60,763 nt of DNA from Lysobacter sp. (GCA_026786005.1 JAJAYW010000075.1:1-60763); one strand, 5' to 3'; shown: positions 34,171 to 44,090, numbered from the stretch's first letter. The notes: generated by a model not told the origin, from the sequence alone. Program-made: numbers and translations.

Positions 34171-35865
34171 TTACTCGGACTTGTTGTCCAACTGCTCACG
34201 GAGCAACGCACCCAATTGCGTCATGCCGCTGGTGGAGCTACTGGTGCTGGAAGCACTCTGGTAGTCCTCCAGTGTTTCCCGCATTTCGGCTTCGTCCTTG
34301 GCCTTGATCGAGAGCTGCATGGTGCGGCCCTTGCGATCCATGCCAATGAAACGCGCTTCGACTTCGTCGCCGACCTTGAGGTGCTGGGTAGCGTCGTCGA
34401 CGCGCTCCTTGGAGATGTCGCGTGCAGCGAGATAACCCTCGACACCTTCGCCCAGGTCGATCGTGGCGCCCTTGGCATCGACTTCCTTGACCGTGCCCTT
34501 GACCATGCTGCCCTTGGTATTGGACGCCATGTACTGGCCGAAGGGATCCTGTTCCATCTGCTTGACGCCGAGGCTGATGCGCTCGCGTTCTGGATCCACT
34601 GCCAGCACCACGGCTTCCAGCGTGTCGCCCTTCTTGAAGTTGCGCGCGACGTCTTCGCCGGTGGAGTTCCAGCTGATGTCCGACAAGTGGATGAGGCCAT
34701 CGATGCCGCCGTCCAGGCCGATGAAGACGCCAAAGTCGGTGATCGACTTGATCTGGCCAGACACCTTGTCGCCCTTCTTGTGGATCGCGGCAAAGGTTTC
34801 CCACGGATTCGACGACACCTGCTTCATGCCGAGCGAAATGCGGCGACGCTCTTCGTCCACGTCTAGCACCATCACCTGCACGTCGTCGCCAACCTGCACG
34901 ACCTTGCCCGGGTTGACGTTCTTGTTGGTCCAATCCATTTCCGAGACGTGCACCAGGCCTTCGACGCCTGGCTCGATCTCGACGAACGCGCCGTAATCGG
35001 TGACGTTGCTGACCTTGCCGAACACGCGGGTATCGGTTGGATAACGCCGCGCGATGTTGTCCCACGGATCCTCGCCCAGCTGCTTGAGGCCAAGGCTGAC
35101 GCGGTTGCGTTCCTTGTCGTACTTGAGCACGCGCACATCCATCTCCTGGCCGACTTCGACCACTTCGGACGGATGCCGCACGCGCTTCCACGCCATGTCG
35201 GTAATGTGCAGCAGGCCATCGATGCCGCCGAGGTCGACGAACGCGCCGTAATCGGTGAGGTTCTTGACCACACCCTTGAGGATCGCGCCTTCGACCAGCT
35301 TCTCGAGCAGCTGCTCACGCTCTTCCGAATGTTCGCTCTCGACCACCGCACGGCGCGAAACCACCACGTTGTTGCGCTTGCGGTCCAGCTTGATGAGCTT
35401 GAACTCGAGTTCCTTGCCTTCCAGATACACGGGATCGCGCACGGGGCGCACATCGACCAGCGAACCGGGCAGGAACGCGCGAACGTCCTTGATATCTACG
35501 GTGAAACCACCCTTGACCTTGCCGCTGATGCGACCGGTGATGGTGGCGTTGGCTTCCAGCGCTTCCTCCAGCTCATCCCACACCATCGAGCGCTTGGCTT
35601 TCTCGCGCGACAGCACGGTCTCGCCAAAACCATTCTCGAGGGAGTCGAGTGCGACCTTGACCTGGTCGCCAACTGCCACGTCGAGTTCACCGGCGTCGTT
35701 CCGGAACTGTTCGATCGGCACAATGCCTTCGGACTTCAAACCGGCGTTGATCACCACGACATCGCTGCGAACTTCGATGACGGTACCGATCACGATGGAG
35801 CCCGGCTTTAGCTTTGCCAGGTTGGTCTGGCTTTGTTCGAACAGTTCGGCAAAAGATTCAGTCAT
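34171..35865 (-). CDS. rpsA: 30S ribosomal protein S1
   Basis: Six S1 repeats. Start at [12 protein letters not shown] (35865). Confidence 0.96.
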   Translation of the reverse strand: MTESFAELFEQSQTNLAKLKPGSIVIGTVIEVRSDVVVINAGLKSEGIVPIEQFRNDAGELDVAVGDQVKVALDSLENGFGETVLSREKAKRSMVWDELEEALEANATITGRISGKVKGGFTVDIKDVRAFLPGSLVDVRPVRDPVYLEGKELEFKLIKLDRKRNNVVVSRRAVVESEHSEEREQLLEKLVEGAILKGVVKNLTDYGAFVDLGGIDGLLHITDMAWKRVRHPSEVVEVGQEMDVRVLKYDKERNRVSLGLKQLGEDPWDNIARRYPTDTRVFGKVSNVTDYGAFVEIEPGVEGLVHVSEMDWTNKNVNPGKVVQVGDDVQVMVLDVDEERRRISLGMKQVSSNPWETFAAIHKKGDKVSGQIKSITDFGVFIGLDGGIDGLIHLSDISWNSTGEDVARNFKKGDTLEAVVLAVDPERERISLGVKQMEQDPFGQYMASNTKGSMVKGTVKEVDAKGATIDLGEGVEGYLAARDISKERVDDATQHLKVGDEVEARFIGMDRKGRTMQLSIKAKDEAEMRETLEDYQSASSTSSSTSGMTQLGALLREQLDNKSE

Positions 35866-36042
35866 TGGAAAATTACTCAGGTTGAACACATGAGTCGGCG
35901 TCTGCGGAACGCATCGGCGACTCGCCCTTACGGCTAGTTCCCAAAAAAAAGGGGCCGTGTGTTGTGATGGAAGAAACCCATCGCAGGATTGCGATGAGGC
36001 CTGTCTGCCGGGCTTGAAGCGAGTCCGATCAGTGCCGACGAA

Positions 36043-36723
36043 TCAGCGTGAAGGCATCAACGCCAGCACGCGTTCGACGACGGCATCAATACCAAGACCG
36101 GTGGTGTCGATGCGGACGGCGTCTTCGGCCGGCCGCAGGGGCGCCACCTCGCGATTGGCATCGCGGGCGTCACGGGCGAGAATTTCGCCCAGCAGACCCG
36201 CCAAAGTAACGGAAACCCCTTTGTCTTTCAACTGCTTATAGCGTCTTTGGGCGCGTTCCTCGGCACTGGCGGTGAGGAACACCTTGAACACGGCGTCCGG
36301 GAAGATGACGGTGCCCATGTCCCGGCCATCGGCCACCAGGCCAGGCACGCGGCGAAAGTCGTGTTGTTTCTGGACCAGGGCAGCCCGGACCGGCGGCATC
36401 GCTGCAATCGCCGAAGCGGCCGCGCCGGCGGTTTCCATCCGTAATTGGTGGGTCGCGTCCTTGCCATTGACGATGACCCGTGGCTCCGCAGACCCCTCGC
36501 CGGTTTCAAAATGGATCTCGGTCCGCTCGGCGCAAGCAGCCACGTCGTCCGCATCGCTAAGGTCAACCTGCGACCAGGCCGCCGCCAGTCCCACTGCCCG
36601 ATACAACGCGCCCGAATCGAGGTAATGCCATCCCAGCCGGTTGGCGACATGGCGACTGATCGTGCCCTTGCCCGAGCCGGACGGTCCGTCTATCGTCAGT
36701 ACAGGAGCGGGCATATTTCGCAT
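36043..36723 (-). CDS. cmk: Cytidylate kinase
   Basis: P-loop [11 protein letters not shown]. Start at [13 protein letters not shown] (36723, or ATG 36714). The ORF-track extension to 37032 is rejected. Confidence 0.92.
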   Translation of the reverse strand: MRNMPAPVLTIDGPSGSGKGTISRHVANRLGWHYLDSGALYRAVGLAAAWSQVDLSDADDVAACAERTEIHFETGEGSAEPRVIVNGKDATHQLRMETAGAAASAIAAMPPVRAALVQKQHDFRRVPGLVADGRDMGTVIFPDAVFKVFLTASAEERAQRRYKQLKDKGVSVTLAGLLGEILARDARDANREVAPLRPAEDAVRIDTTGLGIDAVVERVLALMPSR

Positions 36724-36785
36724 CGGACGTAGCTCCGGGGGTTCGGCGCATTCTGACAGTTCCACGACTTTTCCGATGCAACCAC

Positions 36786-36815
36786 TTGAATCGCCGGGGA
36801 AAGTCCCGTTAAAAT
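36786..36815 (+). promoter_or_regulatory. Candidate sigma70 promoter for the L36 gene
   Basis: TTGAAT (36786-36791), an 18-nt spacer, then TAAAAT (36810-36815). GAGGTG SD at 36834-36839. Confidence 0.4.
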
Positions 36816-36843
36816 GGCCGACTTTATTCGCTAGAGGTGTGTC

Positions 36844-36969
36844 ATGAAGGTCCTGTCCTCCCTGAAGTCGGCGAAGGCCCGTCACCGCGACTGCAAGGTG
36901 GTTCGCCGTCGTGGCAAGGTCTTCGTGATCTGCAAGAGCAACCCGCGTTTCAAGGCTCGCCAGCGCTGA
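36844..36969 (+). CDS. rpmJ: 50S ribosomal protein L36, type B (YkgO-like, lacks the zinc-ribbon Cys/His set)
   Basis: Translates to [41 protein letters not shown] (41 aa), matching the E. coli YkgO pattern MKVL.SL...K.RH.DC..V.R.G...[11 protein letters not shown]. Below the ORF-track length cutoff. Confidence 0.85.
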   Translation: MKVLSSLKSAKARHRDCKVVRRRGKVFVICKSNPRFKARQR

Positions 36970-36996
36970 GCGCAAGCTTGCTAGACACAATAACGG

Positions 36997-37024
36997 AGGC
37001 CGCCATGTGCGGCCTTCGTCTTTT
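36997..37024 (+). terminator. Rho-independent terminator after the L36 gene
   Basis: AGGCCGC-CATGT-GCGGCCT followed by TCGTCTTTT. Confidence 0.6.
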
Positions 37025-37108
37025 GCAGCCATTGGTTTTGTAGCGTTGTTCTCGCCTGCGCTTCACCTGTTCTGCTTACAATCGACCGTTCATTCGAGGA
37101 GTCTCGTC

Positions 37109-37438
37109 ATGGTCCGTCGCTTACGTGCAGTCCCCATCCTGGCCCTGCTCGCCTTTGCGGGCGCCGCATCGGCCGAAACCCTTCTGATCGAACGCGTGCA
37201 GGACGAACCGAGTGCTGTCATGCCCACGCGTGGCATGAACATGGGCCAGGTCCAAGCCCGCTACGGCGCGCCGACCAGCCGCCTGGATCCGCGCGGTGGC
37301 CAGAAACGGCAGTGGCCGACGATCAATCGCTGGGTATACCCAAACTTCACCGTGTACTTCGAGAGAAGCAAGGTGATCGATGTCGTTGCCAACAAGTCCG
37401 ACGCCAACGAAATCGGCCCCAAGCCAGCCATCCGCTGA
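37109..37438 (+). CDS. Small exported protein, possibly SmpA/OmlA (BamE)-like fold
   Basis: Signal peptide MVRRLRAVPILALLAFAGAASA. The pattern GMNMGQVQARYGAP...WVYPNFTVYFE..KVIDV resembles BamE-type domains, but this is tentative. Ends 4 nt before aguA. Confidence 0.6.
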   Translation: MVRRLRAVPILALLAFAGAASAETLLIERVQDEPSAVMPTRGMNMGQVQARYGAPTSRLDPRGGQKRQWPTINRWVYPNFTVYFERSKVIDVVANKSDANEIGPKPAIR

Positions 37439-37442
37439 CGCG

Positions 37443-38474
37443 ATGACCGCTTCTGCGTTGCGTTTCCCCGCGGAGTGGGAGCCCCAGTCCGCGGTCTTGA
37501 TCGCGTGGCCGCACGCCAAGACCGACTGGGCCGACCGGCTCGGCGAGGTCGAAGAGACCTACATCGCCCTGGTTGCCGGGATCACGCGCTACCAGCGCGT
37601 GGTGATCTGCGTGGCCGATGCCGATCTTCAGATTTATGCCGAGGCGCGCCTGCGTTCGGCACGCATCGATCTTTTGCGCGTGCAGTTTGTCGAAGTGGAC
37701 TACGACGACACCTGGCTGCGCGATTCGGGGCCGATCACGTTGCAGGCAGCGGAAGGTTTCCGGTTGCTTGATTTCCGCTTCACAGGCTGGGGCGGCAAGT
37801 TCGAGGCAAGTCGCGATGACCGGTTGATCCAGTCGCTGGAATCGCGGCAATTTTTCCACGATGCATCTTCCCGACAGATCGACTTTGCGCTGGAAGGCGG
37901 CGCAATCGAAACCGATGGCGCCGGCACGTTGCTGACCACGTGGCGATGTCTGCACGAACGTCATCCGCAAACCAGTCGTCATGAACTCGACACGAAACTG
38001 TCGGACTGGCTGGCGCAGGATCGCGTGCTGTGGCTCAACCACGGTTATCTCGAAGGCGACGACACCGACGCGCACATCGACACCCTCGCCCGCTTCGCGC
38101 CCGGCAATGCCATCGTGTTCCAGGCTTGCGACGATCCGGCAGACTCGCATTACGCCGAGCTGGAAGCGATGGCGGACGAAATCGCTGCGTTACGCACGCG
38201 GGACGGCAAGCCATATCGATTGTTTCCGTTGCCATGGGCGAAACCGATCGTGGATGGCGGGCGCAGGCTTGCTGCGAGTTACGCCAATTTCCTGATCGTC
38301 AATGGCGCGGTGCTGGTGCCGGCTTATGGCGATGAGGCTGACGCCGCCGCAGTCGCCGTAGTCGAACAAGCATTCCCGGGCCGCGACATCGTGCCGGTTC
38401 CGTGCCGTCCGCTGATCTGGCAAAACGGCAGCCTGCATTGCCTCACCATGCAACTGCCGCAGGGACTCGTGTAG
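37443..38474 (+). CDS. aguA: Agmatine deiminase (peptidyl-arginine deiminase superfamily)
   Basis: FPAEWEPQ N-terminal motif and the C-terminal catalytic-Cys context NGSLHCLTMQ. Start at MTASALRF (37443). Confidence 0.88.
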   Translation: MTASALRFPAEWEPQSAVLIAWPHAKTDWADRLGEVEETYIALVAGITRYQRVVICVADADLQIYAEARLRSARIDLLRVQFVEVDYDDTWLRDSGPITLQAAEGFRLLDFRFTGWGGKFEASRDDRLIQSLESRQFFHDASSRQIDFALEGGAIETDGAGTLLTTWRCLHERHPQTSRHELDTKLSDWLAQDRVLWLNHGYLEGDDTDAHIDTLARFAPGNAIVFQACDDPADSHYAELEAMADEIAALRTRDGKPYRLFPLPWAKPIVDGGRRLAASYANFLIVNGAVLVPAYGDEADAAAVAVVEQAFPGRDIVPVPCRPLIWQNGSLHCLTMQLPQGLV

Positions 38475-38589
38475 GGCGGGTCTCGACCCGCCAAGCTGTT
38501 GACTCGATGGCGGGTTGGACCCAGCTAACCGTTGACTCCGGTGACGGTTCGAGATCTAGCCAAAAGCCGCGGGTAAAGACCTGCCCTAC
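38471..38589. repeat. Composite REP array (BIME-like) filling the aguA-aguB spacer
   Basis: GTAGGGCGGGTCTCGACCCGCC (38471-38492), a degenerate copy GGCGGGTTGGACCCAGC, and an inverted degenerate head whose reverse complement is GTAGGGCAGGTCTTTACCC (38571-38589). Confidence 0.6.
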
Positions 38590-38619
38590 AATCGTTCAGC
38601 CAATCGAAGCTGATGGATC

Positions 38620-39531
38620 ATGAAGAAAACCAGCCTGCCCGTCGCACTGATCCAGGAACGCAATCACGGCGACGCCGATGCCAATCTGTCGGTCATCGAA
38701 CAACGCGTTGCCGAGGCGGCGAAACTCGGTGCGAAATTGGTATTGCTGCAGGAATTGCACAACGGTGCGTACTTCTGCCAGCACGAGTCGGTCGACGAAT
38801 TCGACCTGGCCGAATCGATCCCCGGCCCCAGTACCGAACGCCTCGGCAAACTCGCCAGGCAACACGGCGTGGTGCTGGTGGGTTCGCTATTCGAGCGCCG
38901 CGCGGCCGGGCTGTACCACAACACCGCGGTGGTGTTCGACGCGGACGGCAGCATGGCCGGCAAGTACCGCAAGATGCATATTCCGGATGATCCTGGCTTC
39001 CACGAAAAGTTTTATTTCACGCCGGGCGATCTGGGCTTCACACCGATCGACACATCCGTTGGCCGCCTCGGCGTACTGGTGTGCTGGGATCAGTGGTATC
39101 CCGAGGCCGCGCGCTTGATGGCGTTGGCGGGCGCGGAATTGTTGTTGTATCCCACTGCGATCGGCTGGGATCCGGACGACGATCAGGCCGAGAAAGATCG
39201 TCAGCGCAGCGCCTGGATATTGAGTCACCGCGGCCACGCGGTCGCCAATGGGTTGCCGGTGCTGAGTTGCAATCGCGTCGGTCACGAACAATCCCCGTTT
39301 GTCCTTCGACAGGCTCAGGATGAGCGGCTATCGGGCATTGATTTTTGGGGCAGCACGCATGTTCTCGGCCCGCAGGGCGAATTTCTTGCCGAAGCCAGCA
39401 CCGATTCGCCCGAGATCCTGATGTGCGAGATCGACCTGCAACGCAGTGAACAGGTGCGCCGTATCTGGCCGTTCCTGCGTGACCGCAGGATTGATGCCTA
39501 TGGCGACCTGCTTAAACGCTATCGCGACTGA
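38620..39531 (+). CDS. aguB: N-carbamoylputrescine amidase (carbon-nitrogen hydrolase family)
   Basis: The E-K-C triad contexts are present (LQELHNGAYF, YRKMHIPD, LVCWDQWYPE). Sits next to aguA. Confidence 0.88.
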   Translation: MKKTSLPVALIQERNHGDADANLSVIEQRVAEAAKLGAKLVLLQELHNGAYFCQHESVDEFDLAESIPGPSTERLGKLARQHGVVLVGSLFERRAAGLYHNTAVVFDADGSMAGKYRKMHIPDDPGFHEKFYFTPGDLGFTPIDTSVGRLGVLVCWDQWYPEAARLMALAGAELLLYPTAIGWDPDDDQAEKDRQRSAWILSHRGHAVANGLPVLSCNRVGHEQSPFVLRQAQDERLSGIDFWGSTHVLGPQGEFLAEASTDSPEILMCEIDLQRSEQVRRIWPFLRDRRIDAYGDLLKRYRD

Positions 39532-39585
39532 CCTGTCGCCGTGTCTAGCCGATAGACTCCCGGCAGAAAGAACAAGAGCATCCGA

Positions 39586-40818
39586 ATGATCGAAGATTCC
39601 GCTGTGCCGGCGCGCGATGAACATGCGCAATTTCCTTTCAGCGGCCAACCGCATGCCATCGTCGAACGTGACAGTGTGCGCTACACGTTGCTCGGTACCG
39701 CGCATGTATCCAGGGCCAGCGTGGATGTCGTGCGCGCGGCCATCGCCAGCGAAGCGTTCGACGCGGTGGCGGTTGAACTCGATCCGCAACGCCTACAAGC
39801 ACTGACCGACCCGGATGCACTGGCGAAGCTGGACCTCGTCAAGGTCTTGCGCGAAGGCAAGACCGCGCTGTTCGCGGTCAATCTTGGCTTGGCCGCCTAC
39901 CAGCGCCGCCTGGCCGAACAGTTGGGGATCGAACCCGGCGCCGAATTGAAGCTCGCCGCGCTGGATGCGAAGGCGCGCGGTCTGCCGGTGCATCTGATTG
40001 ATCGCGATGTCGGATTGACCTTCAGCCGCGCCCTGCACAGCCTCGGTTTCTGGGGTCGCGCCAAGCTCAGCGCAGCCTTGTTTGCCAGCCTGTTTGCCGA
40101 TGACGAAGTTGGCGAAGCGGATATCGAAAAACTCAAGCAAGGCGACATGCTGGAAGCCAGCTTCAGCGAGTTCGCCGAGCAGACGCCGGAGCTGTACGAA
40201 GCGATCATCGCCGAGCGTGATCGCTACATGGCGGCAAAATTGCGGGAAACATCAGGCGCCGCCCGCGAAGTGCTTGCGGTCGTCGGAGCGGGACACCTGC
40301 AAGGGTTGGCGAAACATCTACGGGATGAGACACGCGCCCCACACCTGATCCGCGAGGAATTGGATACCGCTCCAAAAAAATCATCGGTGCCGTGGTTCAC
40401 CATCGTGCTGACGACGTTCGTGCTTGGCGGGTTCGCCTGGGGGTTCTGGCGCGGCGGCGTGGATGTCGGCACCGACCTGATGTTGTATTGGGTCCTGTTG
40501 ACGGGCGGACTCGGCGCCTTGGGTTGCCTGGTTGCAGGCGGGCATCCCTTGAGCATCGTCGCTGCGTTCATTGCTTCGCCGCTGACACCACTGCATCCGG
40601 CGCTGGCGTCGGGCACCGTCAGCGCCTTGGTCGAGGCATGGGTGCGCAAACCTATCTATGCCGATTTCATGGCGCTGCGCGATGACGTGCAGACAGTGAG
40701 GGGCTGGTGGCGTAACCGCGTTGCGCGCGTGCTGCTGAATTTTTTCCTGACCAGCCTCGGCACCGCGATCGGTGTGTGGATGGGTGGCGCGAGGATGCTG
40801 GGGAAGTTGTTCGCCTGA
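39586..40818 (+). CDS. TraB/PrgY-family protein with a C-terminal membrane domain
   Basis: LLGTAHVSRASV motif in the N-terminal domain and about four C-terminal TM segments. Confidence 0.78.
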   Translation: MIEDSAVPARDEHAQFPFSGQPHAIVERDSVRYTLLGTAHVSRASVDVVRAAIASEAFDAVAVELDPQRLQALTDPDALAKLDLVKVLREGKTALFAVNLGLAAYQRRLAEQLGIEPGAELKLAALDAKARGLPVHLIDRDVGLTFSRALHSLGFWGRAKLSAALFASLFADDEVGEADIEKLKQGDMLEASFSEFAEQTPELYEAIIAERDRYMAAKLRETSGAAREVLAVVGAGHLQGLAKHLRDETRAPHLIREELDTAPKKSSVPWFTIVLTTFVLGGFAWGFWRGGVDVGTDLMLYWVLLTGGLGALGCLVAGGHPLSIVAAFIASPLTPLHPALASGTVSALVEAWVRKPIYADFMALRDDVQTVRGWWRNRVARVLLNFFLTSLGTAIGVWMGGARMLGKLFA

Positions 40819-40903
40819 TTCTCGCGGGCGCTCCGCAGAAACGTAGTACGAGGCACTTTATAACAGCCGCAGACGGTCATTGATTCGCACGCTTTTGATC
40901 GCT

Positions 40904-40982
40904 CTTGCAAAGCGGAGCTTGCCCCGCTGCTGTTGATCGAAAAAACAAGCCAAGTGCAGCGGAGCAAGCTCCGCTCTACAAG
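40904..40982. repeat. Inverted REP pair (family TGTAGAGCGGAGCTTGCTCCGCTGC)
   Basis: CTTGCAAAGCGGAGCTTGCCCCGCTGC (40904-40930) faces GCAGCGGAGCAAGCTCCGCTCTACAAG (40956-40982). Confidence 0.7.
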
Positions 40983-40988
40983 AGCACG

Positions 40989-43900
40989 TTATTCCGCCTT
41001 GATCGCTGCGACCGTAACCGCCGGCGATGCACCATCGCGAGCGCCACGCGCACGCTTGAGCAGTTGCGCGGTGCCATTGCGCATGTCGTCCAGGATCGCG
41101 TAGATCGTCGGCAGGAACAGCAGGCTGACGATGGTCGAGAACGCCAGCCCACCGGCGATCGCGCGCGCCATCGGGTAATACGGTGGCATGTCGCTACCGG
41201 TCTTGGTCGACAGCGCGATCGGCACCATTGCCAGGATCGCGGTGCCCATCGTCATCAGGATCGGGCGCAGGCGTTCTCGGCTGCCTTCCACCAGTGCATC
41301 AGTGCGCGACAGTCCGCGTCGTCGCAAATTATTGATGTGCTCGATCATCACGATGCCGTTGTTCACCACCACGCCCATCAGCACCAGGATGCCGATGAAG
41401 GCCATGATGTTGAACTCCGTGCCGGTCAGCCAGAACAGCCAGAACACGCCGAATACCGAGAACAGCACGCCGCTCATGATCGCCGACGGGAACAGCAGCG
41501 ACTCGAACACGGCCGCCATCACCACGTAGATCATCACCAGCGCGATGGCGAGGTTGAACAGCATCTGCTGCATCGCTTCGTCGTCTTGCTGGAAGGCGCC
41601 GCCGTCGAACGAATAGCTGTAGCCGGTCGGGAAGGAGATGCCTTTCAGCGCCGCTTCCATCGCCTTGCGCGCTTCAGGCATCGTCACCTTGTCGGCCAGA
41701 TTGGCCTGGATGGTCAGCGTGGTCTGGCGATTGGTGCGCGACACCTGCGTCGATGCCGGCTGGATCGACACATCGACCATGCTCATCAACGGCACGCTGC
41801 GGCCATCAGGCGCGCGCACGGTCAACGACGCCATGTCCTGCATGCGGAAGTCTTCCGCGCCGGCGAAGCGCGCCCACACCGGCACCTCGGTTTCGCCGCG
41901 ACGGAATTCACGCAAGGGCGAGCCACGCAAGGCCAACCCGATGAAGCTGGCGACCTGCTGCGAACTGAAGCCGAACGCAGCGGCGCGCTCGCGATCCACG
42001 CGCACGGTCAGCTCGCTGTTTTCGTCACCCGCATTGATGCGCACGTCGCGCAATTCCTTGCGCTTGGCCAGGATCGGGACGACCTCGCCCGCGAGTTCCG
42101 CCAGCGCATCGGTCGAATCGCCGACCAGTTGAAACTCCACGTTCTCGCCCATCCCGCCGCTGCCCTGCTCCTCCTGGTTGCCGAGCGTCATCTTGGCGCG
42201 CGCGGACTTGGGCATCTCCTTGCGGATCAGTTCCAGTAGCGGTGCGGTTTCGCCGGGCTTGTCGGTATCGAACTTGATGCGGGTGTTGCCGCCCTGCTCC
42301 TCGCTGTACCAGGTGTACAGCTGGATGATGTGGAAGCGATCCCGATTGGCATTGAGGAAGGCCTCCATCTTGGTCGCCTCCACCAGCATCTGCTCCTTGG
42401 TATAGCTGCCCTGCCAATCGTAATTGAGCCGCACCTCGTCGCCGTCATCGCCGCCAAACATGTTCTTCTTGGTCAGCACCATCGGCACGATGCTGACCGC
42501 GATGATCAGCACGATGCCCAGCACGCTCTTGCCGCGATGCTCCAGCGTCCAGCGCAGGAAACTTGCATAGCGTCTTTGCATGCGCGGAATCAGGCCTGTT
42601 TGGCTGCGCACGGCCGACGGGGTTTTCATGCGCGCCGACAGCATCGGAATCAAGCTCACCGCAACCAACCATGACGACAGTAACGACACCGAAATGGTGA
42701 TCGCGATCTGCGTCATGAAGATGCTGATCTGGTTGGTCTCGCCGAACAGGTTGGGCAGGAACACGATGCAGTGGCACAAGGTGCCCGCCGACAACGCGAT
42801 GGCGACATGGCGCGTGCCCATGATTGAGGCCAGGCGCGGCTGGTCCGGCATCTTTTCGCGTTCCTGGTAGATGCTCTCGACCACCACCACCGCGTTATCC
42901 ACCAGCATGCCGATGGCCAGCAGCAGGCCCATCATCGACAGGATGTTGAGCGTGACGCCAGCGAAGTACATGAAGCCCAGTGTCATCACGAAGCAAATTG
43001 GAATTGCCAGGGTCACCATCAACGTCGATGGCCAATGCCGCAGGAAGAAGAACAACACCATCATCGACAGCAGCAAGCCGATCGCGCCGGCCTCGGCCAG
43101 CGTCACCAGCGACGTGGTGACATCCTCGCCCTGGTTGTCGATGACCTTGACCTGGATATCGCTGAGCGCCGGCTGCTTGCGGATCGCATCAACCTCGTCG
43201 AGAACACTTTGCGAGACCTCGACCAGGTTGGCGTCGCGCTCTTTGAACACGTCCAGCCCCACGGCGGGCTTGCCCTCTAGCAGCCGTCCGTAGTTCATCC
43301 GCGCGGGTTTGAGACGGATATCGGCGATGTCGCCGAGCCGCACACCGTTGTTGCCGACCACCAGGTCACGAAGTTGCTGCAGGTCGGTCATTTCGCCGAC
43401 GGGCTGCACGCGCAGTCGCCGGCCGCCGTCCTCGATCTGGCCGGCGGATACGGAAAAATTGACCGCCTGCAACCGCGTGACCAACTCGTTGATGCCGACG
43501 TTGTGGGCAGTGAGCCGATCCGGCGCGATCGCAATCTCCACCTCGTTCTGCGACGCTCCTGAAACATCGACGCGGGCAACACCGGGAATGCGCTCCAGCT
43601 TGTGCTTGAACTCGCGATCGATCATGTCGTACGCGGTGGTCATGTCGATGTTGCCGGCCAGGCGCACGCCGACGATCGGCTGGTCGGTCGTGGAAAACTT
43701 CATGACCGCATAGCGTTGCAAGTCATCAGGCAGCTCGTCGCGGATCGCGTCGATACGTTCGCGCGCATCCGATGCCGCGATGGCCACGTCGCGATCCCAA
43801 TCGGAAAACTGGATGAAGACGCTCGCGCCATTGGCGTTGGCGCTGCCTTCCATGCGCTTGATGCCGGTCATGGTCGACAGTGCTTCCTCGACCGGACGCA

Positions 43901-44090
43901 GCACCGTGCGCTCGACTTCCGACGGGGTCGATCCTTCGTACGGCAGCTGCACGAAGATCACCGGGAACGAGATCGACGGGAACGCCTCCAGCGGCAAACG
44001 CACCGCGGCGATCAAGCCGATCACCAGCATCGACACGAAGAACATGATCGACGTGACCGGCCGCTTGATGCTGAATTCCGCGACGCTCAT
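40989..44090 (-). CDS. RND efflux permease (AcrB/MdtC-like), second of a pair
   Basis: 1033 aa with 12-TM RND topology. N-terminus FSIKRPVTSIMFF...LPLEAFPSISFP. ATGA overlap with the upstream permease. Confidence 0.92.
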   Translation of the reverse strand: MSVAEFSIKRPVTSIMFFVSMLVIGLIAAVRLPLEAFPSISFPVIFVQLPYEGSTPSEVERTVLRPVEEALSTMTGIKRMEGSANANGASVFIQFSDWDRDVAIAASDARERIDAIRDELPDDLQRYAVMKFSTTDQPIVGVRLAGNIDMTTAYDMIDREFKHKLERIPGVARVDVSGASQNEVEIAIAPDRLTAHNVGINELVTRLQAVNFSVSAGQIEDGGRRLRVQPVGEMTDLQQLRDLVVGNNGVRLGDIADIRLKPARMNYGRLLEGKPAVGLDVFKERDANLVEVSQSVLDEVDAIRKQPALSDIQVKVIDNQGEDVTTSLVTLAEAGAIGLLLSMMVLFFFLRHWPSTLMVTLAIPICFVMTLGFMYFAGVTLNILSMMGLLLAIGMLVDNAVVVVESIYQEREKMPDQPRLASIMGTRHVAIALSAGTLCHCIVFLPNLFGETNQISIFMTQIAITISVSLLSSWLVAVSLIPMLSARMKTPSAVRSQTGLIPRMQRRYASFLRWTLEHRGKSVLGIVLIIAVSIVPMVLTKKNMFGGDDGDEVRLNYDWQGSYTKEQMLVEATKMEAFLNANRDRFHIIQLYTWYSEEQGGNTRIKFDTDKPGETAPLLELIRKEMPKSARAKMTLGNQEEQGSGGMGENVEFQLVGDSTDALAELAGEVVPILAKRKELRDVRINAGDENSELTVRVDRERAAAFGFSSQQVASFIGLALRGSPLREFRRGETEVPVWARFAGAEDFRMQDMASLTVRAPDGRSVPLMSMVDVSIQPASTQVSRTNRQTTLTIQANLADKVTMPEARKAMEAALKGISFPTGYSYSFDGGAFQQDDEAMQQMLFNLAIALVMIYVVMAAVFESLLFPSAIMSGVLFSVFGVFWLFWLTGTEFNIMAFIGILVLMGVVVNNGIVMIEHINNLRRRGLSRTDALVEGSRERLRPILMTMGTAILAMVPIALSTKTGSDMPPYYPMARAIAGGLAFSTIVSLLFLPTIYAILDDMRNGTAQLLKRARGARDGASPAVTVAAIKAE

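Noticed and set aside
36724-36843. A Zur/Fur-type operator upstream of the L36 paralogue.
   Set aside because: No AT-rich palindrome resembling a Zur box is visible. Only a sigma70-like -35/-10 pair is present.
36724-37032. The N-terminal ~100-aa extension of the cmk ORF.
   Set aside because: Cmk homology starts at [20 protein letters not shown]. The extension runs antisense across the L36 gene and its promoter.
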